Source of the DNA: Tubiluchus corallicola
Taxonomy: Eukaryota > Animalia > Priapulida
Assembly (NCBI GenBank): GCA_030141605.1
Contig: JAQGDQ010000245.1
Coordinates: 272,098 to 336,097 of the forward strand
Length of the DNA: 64,000 nt
Direction: 5' to 3'
Shown here piece by piece: positions 39,401 to 53,715 of the stretch. The notes under the pieces were generated by a model. It searched no databases. It was given only the letters and a program-made list of their open reading frames with translations, and was not told where the DNA came from. Numbering within the stretch: position 1 is the stretch's first letter; the number at the start of each line of letters is the position of its first letter. The position numbers and the translations under genes are program-made.

Positions 39401-40789
39401 GTCACTTGTGTGTCGGTTTTTTCGAAACGTTTAGTGCGAATTTTGTCAATAGATTCGTAACCCAGACTTGGCTTTGGTAAAAACCTGATAATAACGCCGT
39501 GAAAAAATGAACAATGTAAGATAAAACGCTAAAAGATGGTTAAAAATTCTCATTGCCTAATGCCTATATATGTATATATATGATAAATTACTAAGTTGGT
39601 TTGAGAGGGTTGGAGTAAATCCTTGATTTTCTTCAGTTAAGCAAGTGATGCCTCAGCAAGGGCTTGTCCTTTCAAAGATCAACTCTTCACTGTTAGTCAC
39701 ATCATGCATCATGCAGCCACTATGATTTGCACTGTGATGAACCTGCACGACTTTCGTTTGTGAGACTAGAACGACAGGTTGATCTGACCTCTGAACTCAA
39801 ACTTTTCTTTTTTAATCATATAAGCTTAGACATTACAATGTCAGACGAATTCGTGAGTTATTTGTCTCTCAGTTTTTGCATGAAAGATTCTTCTAAGACC
39901 AAACTGAAAATCAAGCTGAGATTAGCTACTTCAAAACAAACGAAAAGTAGAATTTTGAAACCCTTATTAACAAAGAATAACATTAATTTGATAAATAAGC
40001 CACAATATAAAAAGTTTTATAACATTTTCATTAGAAAAGCTCACTGCACCTTCTTAGCAGTCATCTTCTGGTAAAAAAGAATGATATGAAGTTCTGAATA
40101 AAACACAAACATTGTAACACAACGAGTATCTATGGAAACAATAGTCGTAGAGAAAAAAACGAAAGATATAATGAAAAACTGCCACTAAAGACTAATTAAA
40201 GTAGCTATATATTTAGGCAACAAGATGTTTTTGGAGCAAAACTTAGATTTTCATTTAAAGCCCCTAGTCAGAATTTTTACATTGGAGGCATTGAACTATC
40301 TTCAAAGATTCGACCTGGTAAAGTTTGTAGCTAGATATTAAATTTTTGCTCCATTAAAATAAAACAACTTTGTTGCAAATTTTGCAAGGAATTTCGTAAA
40401 CCCACTTTTTTTCAAATTATAAGAATTATTGTGTGACAGGACAGAAATCAATTTTATATCGTATTTATAAATCAGTGCATAAAGTGCCTATTTGCTCTGT
40501 TCTAAACAAGGAGCATAGGGAACAATGACGTTCTTAAATTTTTGTGGTTCAACATTTCGACGCGAAAGATTACTATATGACTGAGAAAATGTTCACTTCT
40601 ATAGCCTTACTCAACGCTTTCTAAGAACGCAATCCGGATAAACTAACTTTTTAAAGTAATAAAAATATGACTGTTCGCTTCTGCTAAGTAACTTTCAAAT
40701 TATACCGGAACTTTAGCACGGTTTTAAGTAGTGAAGCAGTTTTGTCCAATTACAATACATAATTGTGTCAGTCTGGGTCGTCTAATAAA

Positions 40790-40992
40790 ATGACAGGAAA
40801 AAGGCCAGGGAGAAAGTCACAATTTTGGATAGGAAAAAAGTCACTGGAAAAAAGTCACAATTAATTTTGGCTAGAGTTAGTCGTGGAGTTAAAGTTTGGG
40901 TTAGGGTTATTTCTTTCTTCATGCGCTTTTTTCCTGTGACTTTCTTCCTGTGACCTTTCTCTGTGATTTTTTACTAGTGAGTTTTTTACCCG
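40790..40992. mobile_element. Foldback/palindromic MITE
   Basis: Tandem GGAAAAAAGTCAC modules face inverted TGTGACTTT..CC modules around a GGGTTAGGGTTA core. Confidence 0.7.
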
Positions 40993-42378
40993 ATTTCGCA
41001 GTATTATGTACATGCAGGTTTTAAAAAGGTCATGAACATGATTACAAATGCGCGCATGAGTTCCATTGTCTGCAATGAAAATAATTCTGCATGTAAAGCG
41101 GCTGCTCAGAATTTTGCTTACGAACTGTAAATTCTACAATCAATGTAATAATAAAGACTTTACTGTATACTGCATTATAGTCTGTCTCATCGTCAATCGT
41201 ACTTGCCATCATTATCATCGTCATCATCATCTCAGCAACAATTATTGAACAAACACGAATACACAACCAACCGGGATGGACTGATGGACCGGCAGACGTT
41301 CTTGTATTTCTTGAATCTAGAACAAAAATCATTTCTGAAAAATAATATATTTTATGAGGGCTCAAGCAGATCAGGTAACAGGTAACCAGCCAACTGAAAG
41401 CCACCCCTTGTCCAACCTCCTAACACTGCCAATCAGTTATTCGCTTACTAACAAGTGAATTTTCCTACTCCACCTTTTCACTAATTGGGGATGTCCTGCA
41501 GAACTGTGGCAAAGAAGAAAAAGCCTCAGTCTGAACCCAAATTAGCATAGCTGCAGGTGATAACAACAGTCTTAATTTGTTTACCGCTTTATGCGGAAGG
41601 CGACTTTGCCCAACGTGTATTTCAGACACTACGGTAGGCCTATCCTGTTGCAAATTTGTTGACTAAGAACACATGCTTAGTGAGTAGTTAGAACTAAAAA
41701 AATATACAAATGCACCGGAACCTCGTTATGGTGAGTACTGGTTTCATGTTGTGTTTCCCCCATAACCTTGAAGGCAGAAATAATCACGTTTTATATAAGA
41801 CTGGCACAGTTGTTTATTTGTAAATAATGTTATTTGAGCTGGCTTTAAATTACCAGCCCAGATATGACTGAAGTTTTCACGTGTGAAGATATAATCATTC
41901 TTTGTAGTCTTGTTTATTATATTTAAATGATCCTTCCTGTTATTTTTCCTTATTCCGCTTGTAATGTGCATTTTTCCCTAAAACATTATGACGGCAGTAA
42001 AGGCTACGGGTAGCAGCGACGACGAGAGTGACGGTGAATCTCAGCGAGAAGCTTATGGAGTCTCGTAGGTTATGCATATGACTATGAGTTTTGTGTTTTT
42101 GTACCTTCACTTTTTGTATTTTGAATGTTCTTATCACGTTCTTTATATATAAAACACGTAAATTACATTTCTCACAATTTCTTACATTTCTTTTTGGCTG
42201 ACTAACTTGTTGCGTAGAGGTGATCGGAACTAGCAATCGTACAGCGGTAGCCTATGTTTCTAGAGAAACTACGGCGAAAGTGCTTCTGCTGCTGTGTAGT
42301 ATTTTGCTATGTAGTATTTTTCTCCTGACCTGTAACTCTAATCAGATTTTACTGATACCCTGATTTTCGCTTTGTTTG

Positions 42379-42502
42379 TATGATGATGATGATGATGATG
42401 ATATTGTTGCTGTAGCCACATGTGTTATTGTTGTTGTTGCTGTTGCTGATGCTGCAGCTGCTGTTGTTGTTGTTGTTGCTGCTGGTGTTGCTGCTGCTGT
42501 GG
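42379..42502. repeat. Compound trinucleotide microsatellite (GAT/GTT/GCT)n
   Basis: Directly visible in the sequence. Confidence 0.9.
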
Positions 42503-42859
42503 TTATAGCATTTTCGAGGAGACTGCAGATGCTGTTGCTGTCAGCGCCATGCACTGCTTTTTGTTGCTGCTTGGTTTTTGTCGCTATCGCTGTTGTAGGG
42601 AGAATGGTGGGAATAATAATGATAGTGACATTGACTGATAATGACTGACATTTAATGATATTGAAATGAAATTATTAATTACACGAGGCGCCTTTCACAG
42701 TTTCATTGCTGAAACTTTCTAACATTTTTCTCAAGTACTATAATAAGCTCAACTTCCTTAGAGACTTTGCTTTTGCTTCAACGCTTCAAAAACGCAATGT
42801 TTGTATAATTTGTCGAATAGTTTACGTGATGTAACGTGAATAGTTTACGTGATGTAACT

Positions 42860-43280
42860 ACTGGTGATGTCATTCAAAAAATGAGAATTAGTAACAATGT
42901 TAAATATCTAGGTCACATATTGTCAGATAATGGAAAAGATGACGATAATATTCTTAATCAATGTAAGACAGTTTTCTTATTATTCAAAGGAGTCCAGTCT
43001 CTGGACGAAATATTGCTTGTACAACTTTTATAAGCTAATCTGCTCATTACACAACTATAGTAAAATTCTTCAAATATAGATATGGTACTGGAGCTTCTAC
43101 AATCTATATAGAAAATGTTATTAATCGTTTCAAAGTTATTTCGCGTAAATGTACATATAATCTTAGATGCCGTGTTTAAAACTCTTGTAATGGTTTATTA
43201 AAACATGTAATTTACCATAATAATGCTTTTACATGCTCCAAAATTTTGACCCATTGGAATGTAATTTCAATGTACTTTTA
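42860..43280 (+). mobile_element. Degenerate RTEX-like LINE fragment, same family type as 62803-63768
   Basis: 'VKYLGHILSDNGKDDDNILNQ' parallels 'EKYLGHIISRDNRDDLDIIRQ'. A 23-bp tandem duplication (42815-42858) sits at the 5' junction. Confidence 0.75.
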
Positions 43281-44299
43281 ATGTGTGTCGTTTTTGTAAA
43301 TATTTGAACTAATTTCTCTTCTTATTTTTTCTGTAAATTGTAAGTTTATATTTTTATAATTAGTTTTTAGTAACTATTGTATTCTTATGGATTAAAACTA
43401 CATATCTACGAGCTGAAATATAGAATGGAATAAAAAAGTAAACAAATAAATAAGAATTTAACAAGGTAACGAACCTTTAAGTTGAAATCGAAACAAGGAA
43501 GATCAAATAAAACAAAAATGCTTATAAAGTACACCCAAAATGTTATCGACAGAATTTCCATTACATCCAAGTTGTTATTGGCAAACGCAAGATGTAAGGA
43601 ACAAGCATCTGCATACATGACCTGCGACGGACAGTTGTTTTTCTCCCCGATGGTAGCATTTTAGAGGAAGCGAATATGGTTCATATAATTAGTTTTTCTT
43701 GAGCTTACATCTGTCCCTCTTGTTTAGTGTAAGTTAGCCGTTTCTACACATGTGACCTATATATACATGGCATATTTCTTGAATTCTTTCGCTGCTAAGG
43801 CGTATATATGGAATCTGTTAAAATATAACGTTTTGGTTTCCAGGGGTAATCTGTCGTGCTTTATTAACGAGTCATAATTTTGCAATATTTTGTTCTTGAA
43901 TTTGTCTTCGATGCTGTTGCTCGGATGGAACAAGTTCTCGGTTTTTCTTAGGCAGGCATTATATGATGACCAGTCGTGGCTCAAGTCCTTTTAGAGTCCA
44001 TTCACCAAAGCGATTTTTTTCGATTGTCACTATTATTGTGCAGTTCCAGTCTCACGCATTTTAATGGAATGCAAAGATGAGTCATGTCACGTGATTGTTA
44101 CCTAAGTAAAGAATATTAATGAAATATTTTTGTGCGGCTTATACATGACATTAATAGATGTTTTTTGTGTGCTTAAAATTAACCGGCGGTCCAAATTCAG
44201 TAGGTGAGCATCTTCTTCTGATTGGTCAACAAAAGCTAAAATACAGAACAAACTGAATCCATTAAATAATGCCAGAGCATATCCGTATAAGTGAGTTAT

Positions 44300-44430
44300 T
44301 GAAATGCCTGTTTCGGTACCTTTCTGTCAGTGATTCACTGGCACTCGACTTAGGCATCTCGTTACCAGCCTAAATCTTGAACCGCTAAACTAGACACCTA
44401 GACTATGCCGATGACACAGCAATTACAGTG
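44300..44430 (+). mobile_element. Short reverse-transcriptase relic
   Basis: 'HLDYADDT' at about 44394-44418, similar to the RTE motif near 45705. Confidence 0.4.
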
Positions 44431-44689
44431 TATATCATGAAGCAAACGACAGCAGATCAAAATTGCTTCAGTGTGTGGCAAGTGGTAGGTGCCTTGTTGG
44501 TAAGTTAAGAATGTACGTTAAACGTGTCGATTTTTTGTGTTTTTTATTCTTATATTGCTGAAAACTCAAGACAGCGTTAAGAAGCAACAAGCTTTATTAT
44601 GCTAATAAGTTGTCGGCTGGTTTTTAAGCACTAAATTTTTAATTGTGCAGGTGTCTTACACAAACAGAAGGAACGTATCACGGGATTTC

Positions 44690-45372
44690 TAGCGAGCATA
44701 CACATGCTCAATATAGCGATATTGTCCAATATTACTGAGCATCATATTGCAATATTTCATTCTTGGGGTGACTTATATAATACGTGATTGATCTCTTCAA
44801 ATAAAAAATAAGCACGACAAATTCTTTCAAGTGTAATTAATCTCAAAGCAAGAGACAATTTGATATTTCTTGTTATACAAGGAAAAAAATAAAGATATGC
44901 TAAATAGGCATTGCAAAAGTCCTTCAGATGCATTTCCCGTAGCAGGTAGTGAAATGTAATCGAAAGGTGTTCCATGGGAGAAGTTGTATCGCGCCTTATG
45001 GCATTCTTTTTCTTTGTGAAAGGCTTGTTTAGTACAAAAAGTTTTTTTAAATGACTGAGCATCCCAGTTTTAAAGATTTTTTGAAGTTTTCTATATAATT
45101 GTTTTATAACTCTTCTTACAACTCATTTTATGACGTCTCCAATTTTGCTTTGTGTAGATACCAATTTTTTGATCTCTTGTGCCGGTTTCTCTTTTTTTGA
45201 TTTTAATCCAATAGCGAGCGCTAAGCTAATTGCACCTTCTACAGCGAAATGGTAATGAATTCTGAATATTACGCAATATATTGGGCCATGTGTGAAACAA
45301 AAATATTGTGCAATATTATTGTCAGAGATAGTGTTATTATTATCAATATTATTGCGTCGTGTGTGTGTTCCC
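44690..45372 (-). mobile_element. Degenerate PIF/Harbinger DNA transposon
   Basis: Minus-strand 'PFTKKKNAIRRDTTSPMEHLSITFHYL' resembles the Harbinger transposase HTH region. The ends resemble inverted repeats (CACAC..CAATA..ATATTG). Confidence 0.6.
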
Positions 45373-45529
45373 TTGCGACGTGGATGCAGAACGGAGCACA
45401 AAACGCAACAATTGGCATGCAAAAAGCGACAAACAAGATTTCATAATTTGGTTTAGTTACTATTTGACGGTTAGAAGAAGGCTTACAATATAACGAAAAG
45501 AAAAATCTTAGTAAATGTATTATACGATA

Positions 45530-46170
45530 ATATTAAACGTGTTATCATGGGGGAAGAACACACTATGGAATGGTTTCAGACCAGGACTGGAGTAAAGCAG
45601 AGATATGGTATGTTCAGCTTTCTGTTCCTGCTTATCATTTGATCACCAGTTTATGCAGAATGGTAAAAATGGTGTTAGATGGAAGTTCACCTTGAAGTTA
45701 GATGACCTAGACTATGCGGATGACATCACACTTATATCAGGAACTAAACAACAGATTCAACGAAACACAAACAAACTGTCTAGGGGAATGGCAAAGGCAT
45801 GAAGCTAAGGGATAAATAGCTATAAATAGCATATTTAAATGTAAAATTCTGAGAAGGAATGCAAAGAAGAATGACAACATGACGATGAAAAGCGAAGTGA
45901 ACCTGTAGAAGACGTCATCAAATATGAATACATAGGCACCTTTGCTTTGAAGAAAGGACGAGGTACTATGGACCTGAATAACAGACTAGCCAAAGCAAAA
46001 AGTACACTCTTCCCCTCCATCTCAATATTATCTAGAAATACGGCCTCAGTAACATTAACTAAATCTCTGATAGTATCACTTGAAGTATAAAATTAAGATT
46101 TCAAGAGCTTGGCAATGACAGTTTTAATGTAAAGTTCGGAAACACGGAAAGTGACAAAATGTGCCTAACT
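45530..46170 (+). mobile_element. Degenerate RTE-clade LINE reverse-transcriptase fragment
   Basis: 'EWFQTRTGVKQ..FLFLLI' and 'NGVRWKFTLKLDDLDYADDITLIS', interrupted by frameshifts and stops. Confidence 0.8.
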
Positions 46171-46499
46171 CTTGGAACAGACTATCTAGCCCCCGATCTT
46201 GATTAAGAAATAATTTTCGTACATTGAAACTCGAAAATGTGTGGATTATTTGTTTGTCACAGCCAGGCTGTCACCATTGAACAGATGATTGACTTATCGA
46301 CTAAATCGTTCATTTTGGCTTTTGGTTCATCGACAAACATAAAAAAAACAATCATTAGTGGCAATACTAGACACTTTTACCTTGCTAAGCAATCACTAAA
46401 TCTTCTTTTTGGGATAGCTGGCTTTTGACAATAGCTCAAACAGCCATCACAATTTAAATGTGTTATTTGTCCAAGCACATGTATTGTGGGGTTTTACGA

Positions 46500-47070
46500 A
46501 ATCTTCTTGGTAGATTCTGCCGCCTGAAAAAAGACCATTGGCTGCTTTTCCTTATTTGAATGGCAACTTAATACCCTGCTGGTTGAAGTGGAGAAAATGC
46601 TTAATAGCCGCCCTCTCATTTCTGTAGATTGCAGCAACAATTCACTTACAGTCATCACACCAGATCGTTTCCTTAGCACTTATTCCACCATCCTATGAGT
46701 CTACCACTCTACCGTTTGATTCGACCTTTGACCTTAACATGCCGACGGCCCACGCCCTCTTCTTCTGCACAAACTTTATTCACTCATTCAATCCTCGTGT
46801 GCTCTTGAAACTCGCGTTTATAGCTACAAAACGGTGTCAGTTCTGATGACGAGTTGCAAACGAATTTCCGGGTATTTGCTACAAGGTCTGCAAGAAGATG
46901 ATTTGCTTCTTACTGCGCCTGCTTCTTAGCATGATGGCCTCTCGTGACTTGTCAACCCAGCGTATAAAACCATTGATGCAGCCCGCGCAGTAGCTAGAGA
47001 CAGACTGACTGATGAGGAGCTGCAAAAAGCACTGAAGCTGATATTGTCCATTTCTTGACTGACGCTTCTT
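46500..47070 (+). mobile_element. Rearranged BEL/Pao LTR-retrotransposon pol relic
   Basis: 'VEVEKMLNSRPLISVD..VITPDRFL' (integrase), followed by a decayed 'FATR.LQEDDLL...*HDGLS*L' and 'LTDEELQKA'. These are BEL/Pao signatures. Confidence 0.75.
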
Positions 47071-48386
47071 AGTAAGTAATTACATTTGCATGATATTGCA
47101 TAATTAGCATACTTTTTGTAAGTATTTACATTTGCATAATTATCATTAGTATCATTGATATATTCACAATTAGCATGAAATGTGGCTGTATTGAATCATT
47201 AATTACTTAAGTTGCATCTGTTTGTACAGGTCTAGAGATCGATTATACGATTTTCAGTTGGCAAAAACATAATTTGAAAATATAATAGTCCGATGTTAAA
47301 GAGCGACTTAATGTATAATTCGTATTTTGATCAACATTTTGGAGTCCGTACCATGTTTGAATGGTAAATATTTGTTTGAGTCCAGACATCTTCTTCTGCA
47401 GAGCCGCTTTCTGTTGTATAGGCCAGATTTTGTTTTAGTCTCTCAAGTCAACTTCAATTATATTATTGTTTACATTTACCATTACTTCTCCACCATTTCC
47501 CTGATAATAATTCTTTTATCCTCTCCTGTCTTCATTCACAAGTTCCACTATCATGCCGGACTTACAAGCCTCGGTTTCAGATTACCCTGCATCGCAAGTA
47601 ATGATGTTATTGCATTTTTGTAATTTTGATACACTTTGTTATTGTAAATGGTTTGAGATGCTTGGAAAAAATTACTCTATATTATAATATACGCATTTTA
47701 AGTGTCGATAATTCATAAAGGCACATCAATTCATTTTGCTAAGTAAACAGAAAGCGAATATCGTTTTCATGTACATTCATACATAAGTGCAATTGCGTAA
47801 AAAAAAGTAACTGGGTAAGTAGGTAAGTATGCGAAGATGATCCACTTCGGAAAATATGCGTGCGCAACGGCCATTTTTTTGGAAAACCTGAGTAAAATGC
47901 CTAAAATCATCATGATTTAAAATGCGGAATATGCAAATATATCGTAGTTTTTGTTCGTTTACTAGAAATCTGCTGCTTTTCTGATTTCTTTGTAGCCAAA
48001 TTTTTCGTATTAATTTGAGTTTCGCTGAAAATGCTGCGCATGTTTAAGTTTTATCCAGAAATTAGTTTGTTTAAAAAATTCGTTGAGTTTTTTGTTCTGC
48101 TACATTACAGCTGCTTACAGTAGCAGATAAGTCAAGAACTATTTTCTTAACTTGGAGATGTAAATTTGCCTTCTAATGAAGCGATGGTGATGCTAATTGG
48201 CAAGAATTGATAAGGTATTAATGGCTATTTTAGAAAACAACGTTATAGGTGCATCATGCTGTTGTTGACCATAAAAGTAAAAGGAATAGTTGAATGTTTA
48301 CGTGCTCGGTTACGTAAATAATGAATTCTGACCTGGGTAGCACATGGATAGATGACTGCTTTAAGGTTTTCCAGTTAAGTCTTTGC

Positions 48387-48555
48387 TATCATCAGCATCA
48401 TCGTAATCGTGATCGCCATCGCCCGCCGCCATCACCACCAGCAACAACACCACCACCACCAACTCCAACACCAACACCACCACCACCACCACCACCATCA
48501 TCATCATCACCATCACCATTACCATCATTATCATCATCATCATCGTCATCATGAT
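48387..48555. repeat. Compound trinucleotide microsatellite (CAT/CAC/CAA)n
   Basis: Directly visible in the sequence. Confidence 0.9.
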
Positions 48556-50164
48556 CAATACGTGTCAAGTTTTAAGGTAGTTATCTGTTTCAGTTAATAG
48601 AATAGACATTTAGCAGAGGTGTATTTGTAGATGTGTCTTGTTTGTGCATTTATTTATTCTTTATTTACAAACTAAAATTCATTGATAGTTATACGAAACA
48701 TGTTTAATGTTATAACTGGAGAGTTAAATCAGTGCAAGCAAGTTAAGGGGCCGCTTTCAGTTAAGAACAATAATGTCCATGCAGGCAAAAACATGGGACC
48801 TCTTGCTTATAAAAATTAAACATGCAAAACCATAAAATACCTACGTACACACATATATTTTGAAACCAGACTACCAGTTGATAACCTGCTGGCATTTGAC
48901 AATAGATAAGTAACAAACGTGCAAGAGTTTGCAACAAATAACTAATAACCGGTGACGTATGAATATTGATAGTTAATATGAAAGTCCAATGCTAAACAAA
49001 ACTAAGCTGATAGAATCGAATGAAAACAAGATTAGATAATTAAAATTATAGTATATAAATTAGACCGATTAAATTAAATTAATCTGCTAATAGTTTCCTC
49101 ACTTCTCTTCTGTTGTCTTGCTTTGTTTACGACAGTGCGTGACTTGGATGAGGTGAATCGTTTTTGCTAAATTAGTTTGTGTTTGCGACTCGTCTGACAA
49201 AAATGTTACGGTTTCTGTGATTTGTTAGTAATCATCTATTGTGTGTATGTACAATACTTCTTTCTGCTTTGCCACCTGTGACTTTGCTGTTTCTAGTTTA
49301 GCACTAGAATTGCTCATAATGATGTCTTCATCCGGTTTTATATAAATGACAGCTTCGCCTTATCAGGCCTGTTGTGGTCAGACAAGCAAACAGCTATCCT
49401 TAGCTATTCAATGAACAACTTTGTGGATTGGCAGTCAATCAGTTAGTCGGTCGGTTCCAGCCAGCTAGCCAACCAGTCATTCAGAGAGACATTTAGTCAA
49501 TTGATCAACATAGTTTCAAGAAAGCCTAGAGTAAATATTATCAGCATTAGTTGACTAGTATCCATGTTATACTTTCTGGCTAACCAGGAAATGAGTTATT
49601 TTTATAACAGGAAGTTAAATGAATTGATAAAAATGACGATACTTTTTTTGCTGTTGTAGGTACTAACTCGCTTTACTGCTAGCCTATAATGTAGAGTCAG
49701 TCTGGTGAAACGAGTTACTTATCTTGCTTAACTAAATACATTTATATGGTTGCATGCGTCAAGTTTGCTAGATAAACTCGTTTGCAGGTGTTCTGAAACC
49801 GTTTGTATTGTTTGCATTTTATTGATCCCGTCTCTGCACTTTTTGAAAGTAGCTGTTTGGCGTGTCAATGGCGAATTTAAGGTTTGTTCTTAGTCTGATT
49901 TACACGAGATATATGTCAGTAAATCCTTGACATAATAGTATATTATAAAATTGAAAATACTATAATACATTGCGATAAAATGTAATCTAACTTTCTCTCA
50001 AGTTCTTATTTCGTTTCTGGTTTTCTATCCGTCCTTTCCTGTATAGTGTATTACATTTCGATCTATTCAAAATTCAACATAACTGAGGTCAATCCAACCA
50101 AACCCACTGCCATGCAGTGCAGAAATCGAGACTCTGCGTTGTTTAAATAACCCCATATCTTACA

Positions 50165-50525
50165 GCGTAACGAAACGTAACGTAACGTAACATAATGTAA
50201 CGGAACCAACCCAATCTAATCCAATCCAGTTCATCCCTGTCCAGTCCAGTTCAATCCATAGTTCTGTCCAGGACATACAGTCATATCCGCAGTCCAATCA
50301 AAACCAATTTTAATGGTGTATAGTCCTACCCCATCCAAACCACTCCACTTCGTACCTCTCTAATCAAATTCAACTGAGTTCAATCCAAGCTAGTTCGGCC
50401 ATTTCCAGTTCAATACATCCCAATGATATACTCAATTCGTGTCACTTCAATCCCGATTCCAATCGTATTCCAGTCTAGTACAATTCAGTCTGGTCCATGT
50501 CAAGCAAATCAATCTCAATCTCATT
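50165..50525. repeat. Degenerate pentanucleotide array (GTAAC/CCAAT/CCAGT/TCAAT)
   Basis: 5-nt periodicity visible over about 360 bp. Confidence 0.75.
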
Positions 50526-50914
50526 CTTCACCTTTATGTTAAGTGGTCCTACACTGTGTAACACTGGGTGTCGCAACATTCTGCTACTAGAATGTTTTGG
50601 ACGTTATCTTACAGCAAGACAGGAAATTCACACCCATTTAAATTTTTTCTGAATTTTGAAAACGTTTCTTGCAGATGAAAGAGAAGAAGTTGCAGACGGA
50701 ATGACATGGCTGCTCTGACAGATTGCTTATGGGAGTTGTTGAAATCATGCTCCTTAGTAAAGCGAAGATACGGCTCAAAGAAAATAGGATGGAACGACGT
50801 TACTTGCTGCACTTTGGTTTTTCTTTCAATTTTCGCCTTACTTCCTATAGCGTAAGTTTTTCAAACTTTATGAACTAAGCAGTGAATTTATGTAGTCATG
50901 TTTTTTAATGAAAA

Positions 50915-51160
50915 GACAACGAATGAAAAAGGAACAAAGAAATTAAAAAAACATGAATAAATCAGTGAAGGCGAACAAACAAACGAATGACTTTATGCAC
51001 ATGTACACACACGAAGAAGCGATACCAATAACTAATGAATGAGAAACGAAATGGACTGTTCGCGGATGGCAGAATAAATGAAAGAATGAATGAATTAATG
51101 AAAGAAAGGAACGAACGAACGAGCGAACGTACTGTGGGTACGAGAATGGAAAGACGGACA
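50915..51160. repeat. Degenerate tetranucleotide array (GAAT/GAAC)
   Basis: 4-nt periodicity visible. Confidence 0.7.
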
Positions 51161-53627
51161 ATCAACTGTCATGATATGAATGCTCTATAGCAAACGACGA
51201 AACAGTGCGTATGCAAGTCAGCAGAACCTGGATAGAATTTTCCATCATCTTGAACTTATTATTCGAAAATTAGTTAGGAGTTAGAGACTAGTCAGAATTG
51301 CACTTTTGTTTCACTAACATTGCGAACAATTTTACCAGGCCCGCGAGACACGACATCTCATCTTTGCTAAGCGCGTAAGTGACTCGATCAACGTTCACTG
51401 TTGTAATTCAATTTCATCTGAATGTATCGCTAGCAGAAACCTTACGCGTTTCAATTGGAAATGATCAACGATAATTGCTCGTTTAGTTAATTTCTATTTA
51501 AATATACGAGTTTGTTGTCAGAAGTTTAATGCCAATATAAATTTGAATTTTAAACCAGTAATGTCGCTGGGTAACACAAGGAAAATGCTCAAATGCATAA
51601 ATAAATTAGACTGTTCAATAAACGAAATTTATAAGGTGCTTGTCTCTTCAGCTAATTGAGCAATGGCGCCTATAAAATGAGTTTCTCGATTTACAGCATC
51701 ACAACAGCAATTAAAGGTTGGCAAGCCTGCCTCATAAGATAAATTGAATTTTGATTTGCGAATGACATACATGACAAATGTGATTTTGCTATACATACGT
51801 AACTGTAGTTGGTGAATAAAATTGCTCGCGTGTGTGTTTATTACGTAATGCACAAGTCAGTTAAAGTTTACGAATTAAAGAATCCTTGAAACCTGCTCTG
51901 ATTCATCTAGAAAATACTTATTTAATGCCCCCATTTTAATGTAACTTTAATCGAAATGACTTTTGTGGGATTTACTGCAATTTGTAGGGTAAACGAAAAG
52001 ACGATTTTCTTCCGAAACCCAAACAGTTATTCTTTGCTCTGGTTTTAACAACGTATGCTCCCTAATTAGATCAACAGCAGACATTTCGCAAAGCTACTCG
52101 TGGCTTTTGAGAATTGTCTGATGGCTTTCGGACGTTTTGGTTCCATTTTCTGAGTGATTTAATCCGAATGACTTGAGTGCAGTTTAATGAAGTCATCAGT
52201 GTCGTTCTCATTCCCGTCACGACTGGAGAATGAAGCCAAACTCGATTGCATTTAACAATTGAAGCCAGTAACTTCGTGTGGCTAGGCGATAAGGGTTACA
52301 TTAACAAACACAGATAGGGCACGTGTAGCTAATCAAATGCGTCAGTTAACACCGACAGCTTGTTAAGTTAAAAACATGAATATCTGTCAACGCAGTAAGA
52401 CAAACCATGTGTTAAGTTTTATAATCGTTGACAGGAGTTGTAAAAACTGCAGTATATACCACTAAATATAAACATTGCTTTAAGTGACATTTACCATGTT
52501 AGAGTAAGTTAAGGTCACGCGAACGAAATGTTCTGGTGCGTCAGTTTCGGTTTGCTAATGAGCAATTTACGATATATTTTCGTTCTAGGAAAACTTTGCT
52601 TGTCGGAATATGTACAGACATTGTAAAGCTGAGACTAACCAAACTTAGAAACTCGTAGTCCTCCAGGACAAACTGTACTATTATATATCTTAAGTGATCT
52701 GATGTTAATTTTTGTATTAAATGCTGATATAAGTCTTAATACCAATTCATATTTTAGTGAATTTGAGACTTCATTTTATTTGTTAAAACAAATGTATAAG
52801 TATATAATCATAAGTGAAAAATATAAGTTTGAAAAAATTATACTCATAATAGACAAGCTTACACTTTTGTAGTGAAGCTAAACAATAGGTTGATATGCGT
52901 TTGAAAATACATTTAGAACTAAAATGCAATTATATAGGCAATATTAACATATTCACCCCTTGACGTCTTTACCTAAATTTCCGTTACAAGTGTTTCAGTA
53001 ACAGAATAGTAGAAATATACTTGCTGCCAGTTTTCATTTGAAGGCTCTCGTTTTCTGATTGAAAGTCCACTCTATTTCCACATTCAATCATTCCGTCTGA
53101 GTGATAATGATAAACGATGACCTTTTGAAAACGGCAACGTCAGAATTTCTCAGTAATTGATACACGTTAAAAACTCAAAATCAATATGAGAAGCAAAATT
53201 AGATAAATTATTATCGGTACTGTCAGGCTTTATAGTGTCAGTTGCAATTTTATAATCCAGCAATAGATTATCCCTGTCATTATTCTGATGCAAATCTATC
53301 TTCAGAGTTTATAGTCTCATCATATTTATTGCTGCGTTCCTAAACTTAAAAGTTTATGATAATTTTTATATGTCAGGATGATTATTGAGGTTATAATAGT
53401 TTCACGACTAACAGTTTTATTTTTCCAACGAATGCCTGTTTAAAATGTGTACCGTTTCATTTTCATTTGCTTCTCCACACTACTCATTGCCAGAGCAAAT
53501 ATAGTATAGATGGCTGTAGCGGGATCGCAATTTTGCTTATTTTAATGATAATTTTGCAACATTAAAAAGCATCAACATTTTTGCACGCCGTGGTAAAGAA
53601 ATGGGGACAGCATGGCAAATTAAACGG

Positions 53628-53715
53628 CTTTACTGGTGGCCATCCAGCATGACCAAGCTCAGCGTTGCTTAACTTCAGTCGCTAAGCACACACTGTAGCA
53701 GTTCAGCTATTGACT
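53628..53715 (-). pseudogene. 5S rRNA-derived fragment (pseudogene or SINE head)
   Basis: Minus strand ACTGAAGTTAAGCAACGCTGAGCTTGGTCATGCTGGATGG resembles the invertebrate 5S internal promoter (box A to box C). It is diverged and incomplete. Confidence 0.6.

Noticed and set aside
40895-40910. Interstitial telomere repeat GGGTTAGGGTTA
   Set aside because: Only two units, and they form the core of a foldback element.
42342-42648. Poly-Ala/Val/Thr ORFs
   Set aside because: Microsatellite-derived open frames.
46840-47040. Two CTGATGA boxes suggesting tandem hammerhead ribozymes
   Set aside because: No stem II followed by GAAA. Both fall within decayed BEL/Pao pol codons (for example LTDEELQKA).
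48321-48597. Poly-His, poly-Pro and poly-Met/Val ORFs
   Set aside because: Artefacts of a compound trinucleotide microsatellite; no gene context.
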